In this document: positions 20,206-29,927 of the stretch, one piece after another
How positions within the stretch are numbered: position 1 is the stretch's first letter
Layout: each line of letters starts with the position of its first letter
From: an uncultured Methanosarcinales archaeon
GTDB lineage: Archaea > Halobacteriota > Methanosarcinia > Methanosarcinales > Methanosarcinaceae
NCBI GenBank assembly: GCA_964560735.1
Contig: CAZLNG010000005.1
Location: 2,246-66,245 of the forward strand
Direction: 5' to 3'
Length of the DNA: 64,000 nt
Notes under the pieces: model-generated
Databases searched by the model: none
Told to the model about the DNA's origin: nothing
What the model saw: the letters and a program-made list of their open reading frames with translations, nothing else
Program-made: the position numbers and the translations under genes

Positions 20206-22643
20206 TTTATTTCCCTCACCCCACCTGATTTGAAGATTGCAGATCCTTTTTCTTCCAGAACTTCGTCATCTACAACTCCGTCATCTACAACTCCATCACT
20301 TACAACTCCGTCACTTACTCTGGACTGGAATGCTGTACTGACAGTTCCATCCATATGTTTCTTCAAAGAGCTTAATGCCATAAGGAAGCAAACTACGGAC
20401 TCAGCTCCCTGATTGCAGTTTATCCCATCCGGGTTGAGACCATCACAAACTGCACCTGTTGAGTAGTCATACATAACTGCCTTTAAGCGATTTCTCCCCA
20501 GAAAGTATTCAAAAGAGTACTTTGCAAGTTCCAGATATTTTCTGTCCCTAACAATCTCATAAGCTGAAACATAAGCCTGAGTCAGATAACCTGCCTCTAT
20601 AGGCTGCTGATCAAAAATGGGCTTTTCCCCAGAATAGGAGTACCAGCCGTGATTCCCAACTATATCAAAAAAGTTCCCGTTCCATTGGACCTCAGTAAGG
20701 AATTCCAGAGTAGAAAGACCAATTTTCCTGTATGTTCTGTCTTTCGTGTAATTATAAGCCAGTAAAAGGGCTTCACTTAATTTTGCATTACTGTAAGTGA
20801 CTGTGGGCTCAAACCAGTTCCAGTCTTCTTTGAAATTAGCTTCGTAGAGATCTACCAGGGCATCTGCGTGGTTAATGAATACGGATTCAAAGGTTTCCCT
20901 GTCTACAAGAGAATCTATAAATTTGACAGCATCTCTACGGGAGACAAAGATAGATTCAAATTCATCTGTGTTAACCCCTGCTCTAAGCATTTCATATAAA
21001 CCGCACATTGTATAAGCCCTTGCCCTTGGATAGCGTATTCTTTCCATTTCAGGTTCGGACCTGCTAAGAAGGGTGTGTGCAAGTGTGCGTATATTTTTTG
21101 ACAGGTAAAGACAGCTTACTACATGCCCGAGCCCGTAGACAGCACGTCCAAGAGTATCTTCACTGCCTTTCTCATCCAGAAATTCCCTTTTATAGCTCAT
21201 GAAGTTGTGAAAATGTCCCGTATCAGTCTGAGCATGTTCAAGAAAGCTCATGTATGTAGTAATTAACTTCCAGAGCTCATCGGCTTTCTTCTGACTGCCT
21301 ATCAGCTGTGTCAGTGCAACAAGAGCCCTTCCTACATCATCGGTACTGTACCCATAATGGCGAGCTGGTACACCAAGATTGCTGTGCTGAATAACCCCCA
21401 CGTCATCTGTCAATAACTTAAGGTAATCAAGTTTAACTTCAGGCAGCTGATTAGAAATGAAACCAAAACTATTTTGTATTCCAGAATAGGTACTGCAGTT
21501 CTTTAGAGCTTTACTGAAAGTCTTATTATATTCTTTTCCTACGTTTTTCCAGGTCATTTTTCTCCCAAAGTCGTATGCTTTCCTGCGCATTTTATCACAC
21601 TCTTCCGGGTTTTCAATTAAGTATAAAAGGGAGTTTTTAAAGCCTTCCGTGTCTCCAAAATCTACAAGCAACCCGCGATTATCGGAAAGCATTTCCTGAG
21701 CATACCAGTAAGGAGTTGATACTATTGCTTTTCCCATACCTATGGCATAAGTCAGTGCCCCACTTACTATCTGCTCTCGGGAAAGATAAGGAGATGCATA
21801 AATATCACTGGCAAGGATATAATTACAGAGTTCTTCTTTTTCGACAAATTTGTCATGGAACACTACATTATTTTCAAGTCCGAGCTCAGAAACTTTCTTC
21901 TTAAGGTATTGCCTGTAAGCTTCTCCAAAATTCTTTTTGATTATAGGGTGAGTGGCACCGAGTATAATGTAAAGTAAGTCAGGATATTTATCTACAACTT
22001 CAGGAAGAGCGTCAAGAACATTTTCTATGCCTTTGTTCTGACTCAGCAAACCGAAAGTAAGAATAACTGGAGATCCTTTAAGATTCAGCATCCTTTTATA
22101 TTTTTCACAGTTATTAAAGGGATAATCAGGCATCCCATGAAATATAAGTTCTATTTTGTCTTCAGGCGCCCTGTAAACATCTTTTAGTATGTCGACTGCA
22201 TTTTGACTCATTACAATTAGCTTTGTGGAATATTTCATGAGCTTTTCAGTGGAAACCCGGTATTCTGGCTCAGGCTCCCGAATAGCAGTGTGCATTGTTG
22301 TTATTACAGGCTTGTTTATTCCTGATAATGTTGCGAAAATATAATCGCCAGCATTTCCCCAAAAAATCCCGAATTCGTGTTGAAGACATACAATATCAAC
22401 ATCAGATTGATTTATGTAATCCGCAGCCAGGTAATAGTCCTCAAGTTTATCCCTTTCAATTTGAAAAACAACTTCTTTCGGGTAGTTATAAGTTTCAGAA
22501 GGATCGTTCAAAGCAATAACTTCACACTGAACGTCCTTCTCTTCTCCAGAAACCGAATGTAAAAGATCAGAAGTGAATGTGGCAATTCCACACTCTTTTG
22601 GAACATAAGTCCCTATAAACATTACTTTAAGTTGTCTATGCAA
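20202..22643 (-). CDS. Family 4 glycosyltransferase with C-terminal (alpha/alpha)6 glycosidase-like domain
   Basis: GTYVPKECGIATF, LQHEFGI, SGALTYAIGMG; C-terminal GYSTDDVGRAL, FDQQPIEA, NQGAES. TTG start after GGGGGT SD. Confidence 0.88.
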   Translation of the reverse strand: MHRQLKVMFIGTYVPKECGIATFTSDLLHSVSGEEKDVQCEVIALNDPSETYNYPKEVVFQIERDKLEDYYLAADYINQSDVDIVCLQHEFGIFWGNAGDYIFATLSGINKPVITTMHTAIREPEPEYRVSTEKLMKYSTKLIVMSQNAVDILKDVYRAPEDKIELIFHGMPDYPFNNCEKYKRMLNLKGSPVILTFGLLSQNKGIENVLDALPEVVDKYPDLLYIILGATHPIIKKNFGEAYRQYLKKKVSELGLENNVVFHDKFVEKEELCNYILASDIYASPYLSREQIVSGALTYAIGMGKAIVSTPYWYAQEMLSDNRGLLVDFGDTEGFKNSLLYLIENPEECDKMRRKAYDFGRKMTWKNVGKEYNKTFSKALKNCSTYSGIQNSFGFISNQLPEVKLDYLKLLTDDVGVIQHSNLGVPARHYGYSTDDVGRALVALTQLIGSQKKADELWKLITTYMSFLEHAQTDTGHFHNFMSYKREFLDEKGSEDTLGRAVYGLGHVVSCLYLSKNIRTLAHTLLSRSEPEMERIRYPRARAYTMCGLYEMLRAGVNTDEFESIFVSRRDAVKFIDSLVDRETFESVFINHADALVDLYEANFKEDWNWFEPTVTYSNAKLSEALLLAYNYTKDRTYRKIGLSTLEFLTEVQWNGNFFDIVGNHGWYSYSGEKPIFDQQPIEAGYLTQAYVSAYEIVRDRKYLELAKYSFEYFLGRNRLKAVMYDYSTGAVCDGLNPDGINCNQGAESVVCFLMALSSLKKHMDGTVSTAFQSRVSDGVVSDGVVDDGVVDDEVLEEKGSAIFKSGGVREIK
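20259..20318 (-). repeat. 4 x 15-bp coding tandem repeat (VSDGV/VDDGV) near the glycosyltransferase C-terminus
   Basis: AACTTCGTCATCTAC, AACTCCGTCATCTAC, AACTCCATCACTTAC, AACTCCGTCACTTAC. Confidence 0.85.
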
Positions 22644-23477
22644 TTGATACCCCCAACATACTAAAATTCTATTTACTCCCCATTTTATTTAGTGATATAA
22701 GTTTCTCGAATCATGCCTTGCTACTTATCGATAATCTCAGTATTTTATCGATATAAAGTCCCGTTAATACTATTTAAGGAAGTATTAATTGGTAGACTTG
22801 ATTCAATCTCTGAATAAAAATATACATGTTTACGATAGTACTAATTAAATTTAGTTCTACTTAGAGATTTATCGTTAGATCTATAGTTAATATTGATAAG
22901 AGATATTTCAATATCAGGTAACCGGATTATCAATAGATAAACAGTTACTAAAAGCAAGGAATTCAGAATACCCACCCAATAACTCACAGCATTAGATTCC
23001 AGTGAATGAATAGTAAAGTGCTGATTAGATTTACTAATTATATTCAATGCTATATAATATTAATCATAAATATAATTATAAAAGTAGGGCTTAATGGTGT
23101 AAAAACAAGCATCAAATGACCATGTTTAGGATATTTCTCAGAGAAAGAAATAAAAAAAAGTGATTATCGAAGGAGTCTTTTATTTACTGGAAATGTCAGA
23201 AAAACCTAATAAATGTTACGTGGAATTTTATGACCTGATAAAAAATTTTATTCAAATTTGACAAAGGATAAGTACTAAAAAAATATTGATGTGTTAGAAA
23301 CTTCTTTTTATTTGCACAGTTCAAAATGCTATCATTCTTTGTTCCTGATATTTTTTATAAACACTGTTTTGATACAATGCTTTTTTATTTTTTAAAGAAG
23401 AGTTTGAATCTGGAACATTGCTTTATATTGCAAGGAAAATTAATTCCACATAGTTCATATGTGAAAGTCAAAGTGAG

Positions 23478-24122
23478 ATGTGGAGAGATATTTTGAGAGC
23501 TATACCAGTTTCGGTCTGGAAAGAAGCAAAAACATGCCTCAAATGCATACATGGTAATTTTTTATATTTTACTTTACAGGCAGGCCTTATTGCAGCAAAA
23601 ATTTTCGACCTCTGTACTTTCCCTGAGGTTATTGATTTACTCTGGCAAATATTTAAATTAAACACCAGAAGCCTAACTACAACAGAAGAAAAGGAAGCTA
23701 GAAAAGTATTTGGAGAGAGCATTAATTACTCAAAAATCCGTATCGACGAGTTTTCGTTCATCGCCTGGATTGGAGCAATAATGAACAGATGCCTGAAGAT
23801 GGGTGTTACCACCTTTCACACCATAAATTTCAATCGAAAAATCCAGACTGAAGCAGGAAACGCCGATATGAAATGGCTTATTCATGAATTGACTCATATT
23901 GCTCAAATGGAACATTGTGGTTCGAAATATCTGGTCGAAGCAATTTATGCACAGGTTATGGAAGGATATGCATACAAACTTGGTTCAAAACCTCATTTAA
24001 GAGATTATAATCGGGAGCAACAAGCCTCTATTATTGCAGACTATTATGCTATATGCAGTATAGGGGGCTCGACTGAGACTTATAATCCCTATATCGCAGA
24101 GCTGAGAGCTGGAGAGTTATAA
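23478..24122 (+). CDS. Putative HExxH zinc metallopeptidase (DUF4157-like)
   Basis: WLIHELTHIAQ and NREQQA motifs. Confidence 0.7.
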   Translation: MWRDILRAIPVSVWKEAKTCLKCIHGNFLYFTLQAGLIAAKIFDLCTFPEVIDLLWQIFKLNTRSLTTTEEKEARKVFGESINYSKIRIDEFSFIAWIGAIMNRCLKMGVTTFHTINFNRKIQTEAGNADMKWLIHELTHIAQMEHCGSKYLVEAIYAQVMEGYAYKLGSKPHLRDYNREQQASIIADYYAICSIGGSTETYNPYIAELRAGEL

Positions 24123-24688
24123 ACGTTATATAAAGCCTGCAGGCAATTTAGTAGCAGATTTAATCAGTACATATCAATTACTCACGTTAAAAAATATCTA
24201 AGCTTTTTAATTAAATACACAATGTATAATAACCTCCATATCTACCAGTAATACCCTATGCCTTTTAGTTAAGGTATTGAGAATCTTTACTAAAGACTCT
24301 AGACAAGATCTAGAATTGTATTAGTGGGTACTAAGTAGATATGCCTGTTTATTCAAGGTCGAGCATCGAGTATCTATTATCTGTTTTTTTTGGTCATAGC
24401 TAGCATTTGGATCACTCTCATTTAAAATTCAATTTAAAAGATTTCTAAAAGAACATCAAATTAACTCAGTTTATGTTTTAAGCAATGCTAATAAGTAACA
24501 AAGATTAGTAAATGACTTAGATATATGATTATATATTATAGATATGATCTATTTAGTTAAAAGCTAGATATCTAATCAAAATTCTGGGTTAAATTTTTAA
24601 ATTGTTTATAAAAATCTCAATTTGAATTAATATCATCCTTATAAACTTTTAGATAAACGAGTTTAATATTCCGTGAGAGAAATATTCT

Positions 24689-26644
24689 ATGCAAAGCTAT
24701 ACAAAATTTAAGGAAATATGTGCTTTTCCACGTTTACCTCTTGAAGGCAATCTTGATGTCACTTATCGATGTAACAATAACTGCAGGCATTGCTGGGTAA
24801 GGCTTCCCCAACAAAGTATGGAAAAACTGAGAGAATTGAGTACAGATGAAATCAAGTTAATCATAGATGAAGCCAGAAGGCTGGGATGTACAAAGTGGTC
24901 AATTTCAGGTGGGGAGCCAATGTTGAGGCCTGATTTTCCTGAGATTTTTGAATACATTACTAAAAACTCTAGCTCATACTCCATAAACACCAATGGGACA
25001 CTTATCACTCCTGAAATTGCTGAACTTATGAGAAGAAAGGGGAGAAAGATGATCGCCCTTTACGGTGCTACTGCGGAGGTACATGATCATATCACACGAA
25101 ACCCTGGATCTTTCCAGGCAACAATGAAAGGATTAGACCTTCTCAGGGAAGCCGGAGCCGAATTTACTGTCCAGCTTATACCTATGAAAGATAATTATCA
25201 TCAATTCAATGAGATGGTCGAACTGGCCAGATCACGTAGTCATAAATGGAGAGTTGGAGCAGCTTGGCTATTTCTATCTGCCGAGGGTGACCCTAAAAGA
25301 AATAAAGAAATAGAACTCCAGAGGCTCGATCCAAAGGACGTAATAGAACTGGATAAGCCAGAAATATCAGATGATAACAGACCAGATGAATTCGTACACT
25401 CTTCAGAAGATGATCGGTTCTTTGCCTCCTGCATAGATAAAAAACTTGACTTTCATATTGATTCCTACGGTTGTATGAGTTTCTGCTCTTTTATAAGAGA
25501 TCCTAAACTCCGCTATAATCTACGGGAGGGTAATCTTCAGGATTGCTGGGAGACATTCATCCCGTCCCTTAAGGACAGAATAAAAGGAGGTCAGCAGTAT
25601 AGGAATAACTGTGGCTCCTGTGATTTAAAAAATGAGTGTCGATGGTGTCCTGCATATGGATATCTGGAGCATAGAAACTTCTCGGCACCGATAAAATATC
25701 TATGCCAGGTAGCCAGGGAAGGCAGAAGATTCAGAGATGACTGGGAAAAAAACCATTGTCGTTACTTCAAATGCGCAGATATTACCATCAAGATAGAATA
25801 TGACTTGCCAATAACAGAGAAGACTTTTCATCCTACATTCTCGCTCTTTCAAACAGATAATCCTGGTGAAGATAAGATCACAATTAAGCATCACTTTGAA
25901 GTGCCTAATCTGGATGGAAAGGATCTGGGAGAAGCGGTATATGAGAGAAAGGGATGGAAGGTATATAGAAAGGGAAATTCCTGGATATATTTAATCCCCT
26001 CAATGGGAAAGGAGAATACAAAAAAGGTAGCAATCTTCAATAAGGATCATACAAGAGCAAATGTATACAGAAATAATATAGTGATGACAGAGAATGAAGA
26101 TCCAATCTCCTTTTATCTTGATGATATCTCCATTACTCAGATTTCTCTTGCTTATCTCCTTGCAGATAGAGAGGGCTTTTTCCTTCACTCAAGTGGCGTA
26201 GTTATTGACGGGAAAGGCATTCTCTTTGTTGGCCACTCAGGCGCAGGGAAATCAACACTAAGAAATATAGCTCTTCTGAAGGAGGGCATAGAACCTCTCT
26301 GCGACGATCGAAATGTACTGCGGAAGGGGCCGGCTGGGTACAAAATTTATGGCACATGGGCCTATAAGGATCTTCCAAATGTACAGGCAACTTCAGTGCC
26401 TTTGAGTGCCCTCATGTTTTTAGAACAGGCTAAGGAGAACTTGATTATTCCAATAGAAGACAGACTTGAAGTATCCAGAAGGCTTCTTCCATGTGTGATA
26501 AGACCTGTCGAAAGCACAGAGTGGTGGAACAAAACTTTAACTGTTGTGGATGAAATCGTTCGCGAGATTCCCTGTTATGTACTTAGATTCGATCTGACAG
26601 GTAGGATCATAAACCAACTGAAATCTCTTTGTCAGGAGTGTTGA
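24689..26644 (+). CDS. Radical SAM/SPASM enzyme fused to a C-terminal HPr-kinase-like (ScmC-like) P-loop domain
   Basis: CNNNCRHC, SGGEP, SPASM cysteines (CGSCDLKNECRWCPA..LC); C-terminal LHSSGVVIDGKGILFVGHSGAGKST and CDDR motifs. Confidence 0.9.
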   Translation: MQSYTKFKEICAFPRLPLEGNLDVTYRCNNNCRHCWVRLPQQSMEKLRELSTDEIKLIIDEARRLGCTKWSISGGEPMLRPDFPEIFEYITKNSSSYSINTNGTLITPEIAELMRRKGRKMIALYGATAEVHDHITRNPGSFQATMKGLDLLREAGAEFTVQLIPMKDNYHQFNEMVELARSRSHKWRVGAAWLFLSAEGDPKRNKEIELQRLDPKDVIELDKPEISDDNRPDEFVHSSEDDRFFASCIDKKLDFHIDSYGCMSFCSFIRDPKLRYNLREGNLQDCWETFIPSLKDRIKGGQQYRNNCGSCDLKNECRWCPAYGYLEHRNFSAPIKYLCQVAREGRRFRDDWEKNHCRYFKCADITIKIEYDLPITEKTFHPTFSLFQTDNPGEDKITIKHHFEVPNLDGKDLGEAVYERKGWKVYRKGNSWIYLIPSMGKENTKKVAIFNKDHTRANVYRNNIVMTENEDPISFYLDDISITQISLAYLLADREGFFLHSSGVVIDGKGILFVGHSGAGKSTLRNIALLKEGIEPLCDDRNVLRKGPAGYKIYGTWAYKDLPNVQATSVPLSALMFLEQAKENLIIPIEDRLEVSRRLLPCVIRPVESTEWWNKTLTVVDEIVREIPCYVLRFDLTGRIINQLKSLCQEC

Positions 26645-26648
26645 AGAT

Positions 26649-27809
26649 ATGAGTGGATATGTAAGAGAAACTTTGGAAAGTCCTTTCCAGACTCAACCGC
26701 TTTTACTCAGTCTGGACATGGAATTGACTGAAAGATGTAATAACAACTGCATCCACTGTTATATCAATTTGCCTGCTACCGATTCGGCTAAAGAAAGAGA
26801 GCTCAATACCGAGGAGATTAAAAATATTCTTACGGAAGCAACCTCCCTTGGTTGCCTCACAGTGAGATTCACTGGCGGCGAACCGTTATTGCGTAGGGAT
26901 TTCGAAGAGATCTATATCTTTGCCAGAAAGCTCGGTTTAAAGGTTCTGCTTTTCACAAATGCCACTCTTATTACGCCTCATCTGGCTGATCTTTTATCGA
27001 ATATACCACCTCAGGAAAAAATAGAAGTGTCAATTTACGGCGTGTCTGAAAAGTCATATGAGAGCGTCACCAGAACTCCCGGCTCCTTTCAGGCAGCCAT
27101 GAGGGGAATAGAACTTCTTTTTGATAGAGGCATTCCCTTTATTGTCAAGACTACCGTCCTGCCATCAAATAAGGATGAGTTGAGTGAGTTTGAAGAATGG
27201 GCATCTACTATCCCATGGATGGAAGATACTCCAACTTATTCTATTTTTTTTGATCTACGAGCTAGGCGTGACTCAGAGGATAAAAATGAGCAGATAAAGA
27301 AAATAAGGCTATCTCCTGAGGAAGGAGTTAAAATTCTAAGCAGAAATAGAAGTAAATACCTCCAGGAAATGAGACAGTTCTGTGCTAGGTTCACTAAAGT
27401 TAGAGGTGATGTGCTTTTCTCCTGTGGTCTGGGACACGGGGGGTGCATTGATTCCTACGGTAACTTTCAGCCATGTATGCCTCTTCGACATCCAGAAACT
27501 GTATACAATCTCAGAACCGGGTCTCTGCGAGAAGCTTTAATTGAATTTTTCCCAAGATTAAAGGAGAAAAAAACTGAAAATTCGGAGTATCTAAATAAAT
27601 GTGGCCGATGCTTCTTAAAGGGGCTCTGTGAGCAGTGTCCGGGTAAATCATGGATGGAATATGGGAATTTGGACACTCCTGTAGATTATCTCTGTCTTGT
27701 AGCTCATGCCAGAGCTCTGGATCTTGGACTGTTAAAGGAAGGAGAAAAAGCCTGGGAAGTAAATGACTGGCAAGACAGAATAAATAATTTCATCGGTAAG
27801 AGTAACTGA
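26649..27809 (+). CDS. Radical SAM/SPASM enzyme
   Basis: CNNNCIHC, TGGEP, SCGLG..PC, CGRCFLKGLCEQCPG..LC. Confidence 0.92.
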   Translation: MSGYVRETLESPFQTQPLLLSLDMELTERCNNNCIHCYINLPATDSAKERELNTEEIKNILTEATSLGCLTVRFTGGEPLLRRDFEEIYIFARKLGLKVLLFTNATLITPHLADLLSNIPPQEKIEVSIYGVSEKSYESVTRTPGSFQAAMRGIELLFDRGIPFIVKTTVLPSNKDELSEFEEWASTIPWMEDTPTYSIFFDLRARRDSEDKNEQIKKIRLSPEEGVKILSRNRSKYLQEMRQFCARFTKVRGDVLFSCGLGHGGCIDSYGNFQPCMPLRHPETVYNLRTGSLREALIEFFPRLKEKKTENSEYLNKCGRCFLKGLCEQCPGKSWMEYGNLDTPVDYLCLVAHARALDLGLLKEGEKAWEVNDWQDRINNFIGKSN

Positions 27810-28290
27810 AAATTTAAACTTCGGCTTTAGCTGTTATTCTATTTCTGATACTCTTTATTTTTAAATCGTTACATGGTTTTCAAATCTCATTTATCAGGAA
27901 GGCTTTGTTAAAGAGAAGTTACTGAGAAATTAAAGAATATTGAGTTTGCAAAACTATTCCGAAAAATCCTGCTAAAATAAGCTCTGTGCATAAATATTCG
28001 AAAATAACTATTCATAAGGACCAATCATTCGTTATGGTTTATATAAATTAATGTATTCTATATATACATCTCATTATACTCATCGGTCAGTAAGTTATAC
28101 TTTTTGACCAGGAAAAAGAGATAACTAAAACGGAGTTGATTGGGGAAACTCAGTTTGTAGGGCTAGTGACCTTAAAACCCTGAGGACCTCTATATTTGAA
28201 TAAAATTGATCAAAAATACAAAAATATGATAAAAAATAAGCCAGAATATAATCTAACCACCAATTTAAAAGAAATATGGAGGCATATTGA

Positions 28291-28446
28291 GTGAAAAGAT
28301 TATGGAAGAAACCTGAGATAACTCTTCTCATAAGAAGGAAATCAGATGAGATAATACTTTGGGGTTGTAGGGACAGCATGGGGGGAGCTAATGCACAGAA
28401 TAGGCGGTGCATGTTAACGCGCAAATGCCATCCTTGCTTATACTAA
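28291..28446 (+). CDS. Putative RiPP precursor peptide 1, 51 aa: MKRLWKKPEITLLIRRKSDEIILWGCRDSMGGANAQNRRCMLTRKCHPCLY
   Basis: GTG start with GGAGG SD 8 nt upstream; paralog of 28617-28775; lies inside the radical SAM/PqqD cluster. Confidence 0.85.
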   Translation: MKRLWKKPEITLLIRRKSDEIILWGCRDSMGGANAQNRRCMLTRKCHPCLY

Positions 28447-28616
28447 ACAGGTTTCTTTAGTTCTTAATATTTTGATCATTTACAGCTCAAAATAATCCCA
28501 AAAATAAGGTCAGGCAGAAATTTACAGTGTTATGCCTGAACTTATGAACAGATATCTGTAACTGATTTGCAAATTCAGGTATAAGAGTCAGTAATTAAAA
28601 TATGGGGGAATATCTT

Positions 28617-28775
28617 ATGAAAAAATTATGGGGAAAACCTGAGATAACCGTTCTTGTGAGAAGAAAATCAGATGAAGTAATACTTGCTGGTTGCAAGGAC
28701 AGTATAGGCGGAGCAAATACAAAAGTTGGACATTGCATGTTAGGAACGTGTCAGGGACCTTGTAACGCAAATTGA
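28617..28775 (+). CDS. Putative RiPP precursor peptide 2, 52 aa: MKKLWGKPEITVLVRRKSDEVILAGCKDSIGGANTKVGHCMLGTCQGPCNAN
   Basis: ATG with GGGGG SD; conserved N-terminal leader and a variable four-Cys C-terminal region. Confidence 0.88.
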   Translation: MKKLWGKPEITVLVRRKSDEVILAGCKDSIGGANTKVGHCMLGTCQGPCNAN

Positions 28776-29125
28776 ACAATTTGACTTTCTTTAAATTTAA
28801 TATTTTAAAGGCATTTAACGCAGAAATGCCAAAGAGTCCAGAATGAAAGTATGTAAGTAACATACTTGGTATGTCTTTAAGTTTTTAAATAGATTTTCAC
28901 AGTCTGACAATTCTAAATATGGATTAATTTCATAACAAATAACACTAAAAAGAATTTAGTGTTATTTTATACAATATTTTCAGACAAACGAATCTCTATC
29001 AGAAAATATAAAATTTTGAGATATTTTAGGTAAGTGTTACAGAAAAATGAGCTGCTAAAGGCAACTGCTGTCCTTTACTTGATAGAAATTGACTTGATAA
29101 GGCTCAAAAGAAAAAAGGTGAAATT

Positions 29126-29431
29126 ATGGAGAATGATCTTGTTTCCCTTAATTCTGTTTATTTTCTTTCCGAGGATGTTGTGGCCAGGAACATAGAGGGT
29201 GAACTCATCATTGTACCCCTGACATTTGGAATCGGCGATATGGAAGAAGGGATTTACACTCTTAATGAAACAGGAAAAGCAATATGGGAAAAGTTAGATG
29301 GCCAGAAAAGCTTACGAGAAGTAGTTACGGAGTTAAACGCTGAGTTTGAAGCTACGCCTGAAGAGATTGAAAAGGACGTTATGGGATTGATGGGGGAGCT
29401 TCTCAAGAGGCGGATAATTGTTGAAACCTGA
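29126..29431 (+). CDS. PqqD-family protein / RiPP recognition element (RRE)
   Basis: DVVARNIEGELIIVP...YTLNETGKAIWEKLDG...EIEKDV..LL; AGGTGA SD. Confidence 0.92.
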   Translation: MENDLVSLNSVYFLSEDVVARNIEGELIIVPLTFGIGDMEEGIYTLNETGKAIWEKLDGQKSLREVVTELNAEFEATPEEIEKDVMGLMGELLKRRIIVET

Positions 29432-29927
29432 GGAAATCTCAGGATTTATCAGAGATGGTGGGGAAGATACCCTTTCCATGGAGGCTCTTATTGAGCTGAT
29501 TAAAGCTGTCACAGAGAAAGGGACGTCTCTACGTTTTCAGGCACCTGGTCTCAGCATGTATCCCTTCATCAGAGATAGTGACTATATCACTATATCTCCT
29601 CTCAATACCTGCCATCCCCAGCTTGGGGATGTTGTGGCTTTCATTCTACCCGGAACAGGGAGACTGATCGTTCACAGAATAGTGGAAAATAAGGGCAGTT
29701 TTTATCTTGTCAAAGGGGACAACACGCCTGAACCAGATGGCCTTATTCCAAAAGCTAATGTTCTGGGATATGTGACTAAAGTAGAAGAAAATCGAAAAAA
29801 GACTAGGTTTGGACTTGGAGTTGAGAGGATTCTCATTGCACATATGAGTCACAGGAACCAGCTAATTCCAACCCTAAGCCTAGCTTGGCGATTTATCGGT
29901 CCCATCATCAGGAGGATAAAAACTTGA
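29418..29927 (+). CDS. S24/S26-family (signal-peptidase-like) peptidase without N-terminal membrane anchor
   Basis: GLSMYPFI (catalytic Ser), GDVVAF, IVHRIV (His), KGDN; overlaps the PqqD stop. Confidence 0.85.
   Translation: MLKPEEISGFIRDGGEDTLSMEALIELIKAVTEKGTSLRFQAPGLSMYPFIRDSDYITISPLNTCHPQLGDVVAFILPGTGRLIVHRIVENKGSFYLVKGDNTPEPDGLIPKANVLGYVTKVEENRKKTRFGLGVERILIAHMSHRNQLIPTLSLAWRFIGPIIRRIKT

Noticed and set aside
28381..28386. Double-glycine leader cleavage by a peptidase-containing ABC transporter
   Set aside because: GG is conserved in both precursors, but the ABC exporter has no C39 domain; the cleavage site remains undetermined.
28125..28863. Minus-strand track ORFs 28125-28424 and 28615-28863
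   Set aside because: Antisense shadows of the two plus-strand precursor genes, which have SD sites and mutual homology.
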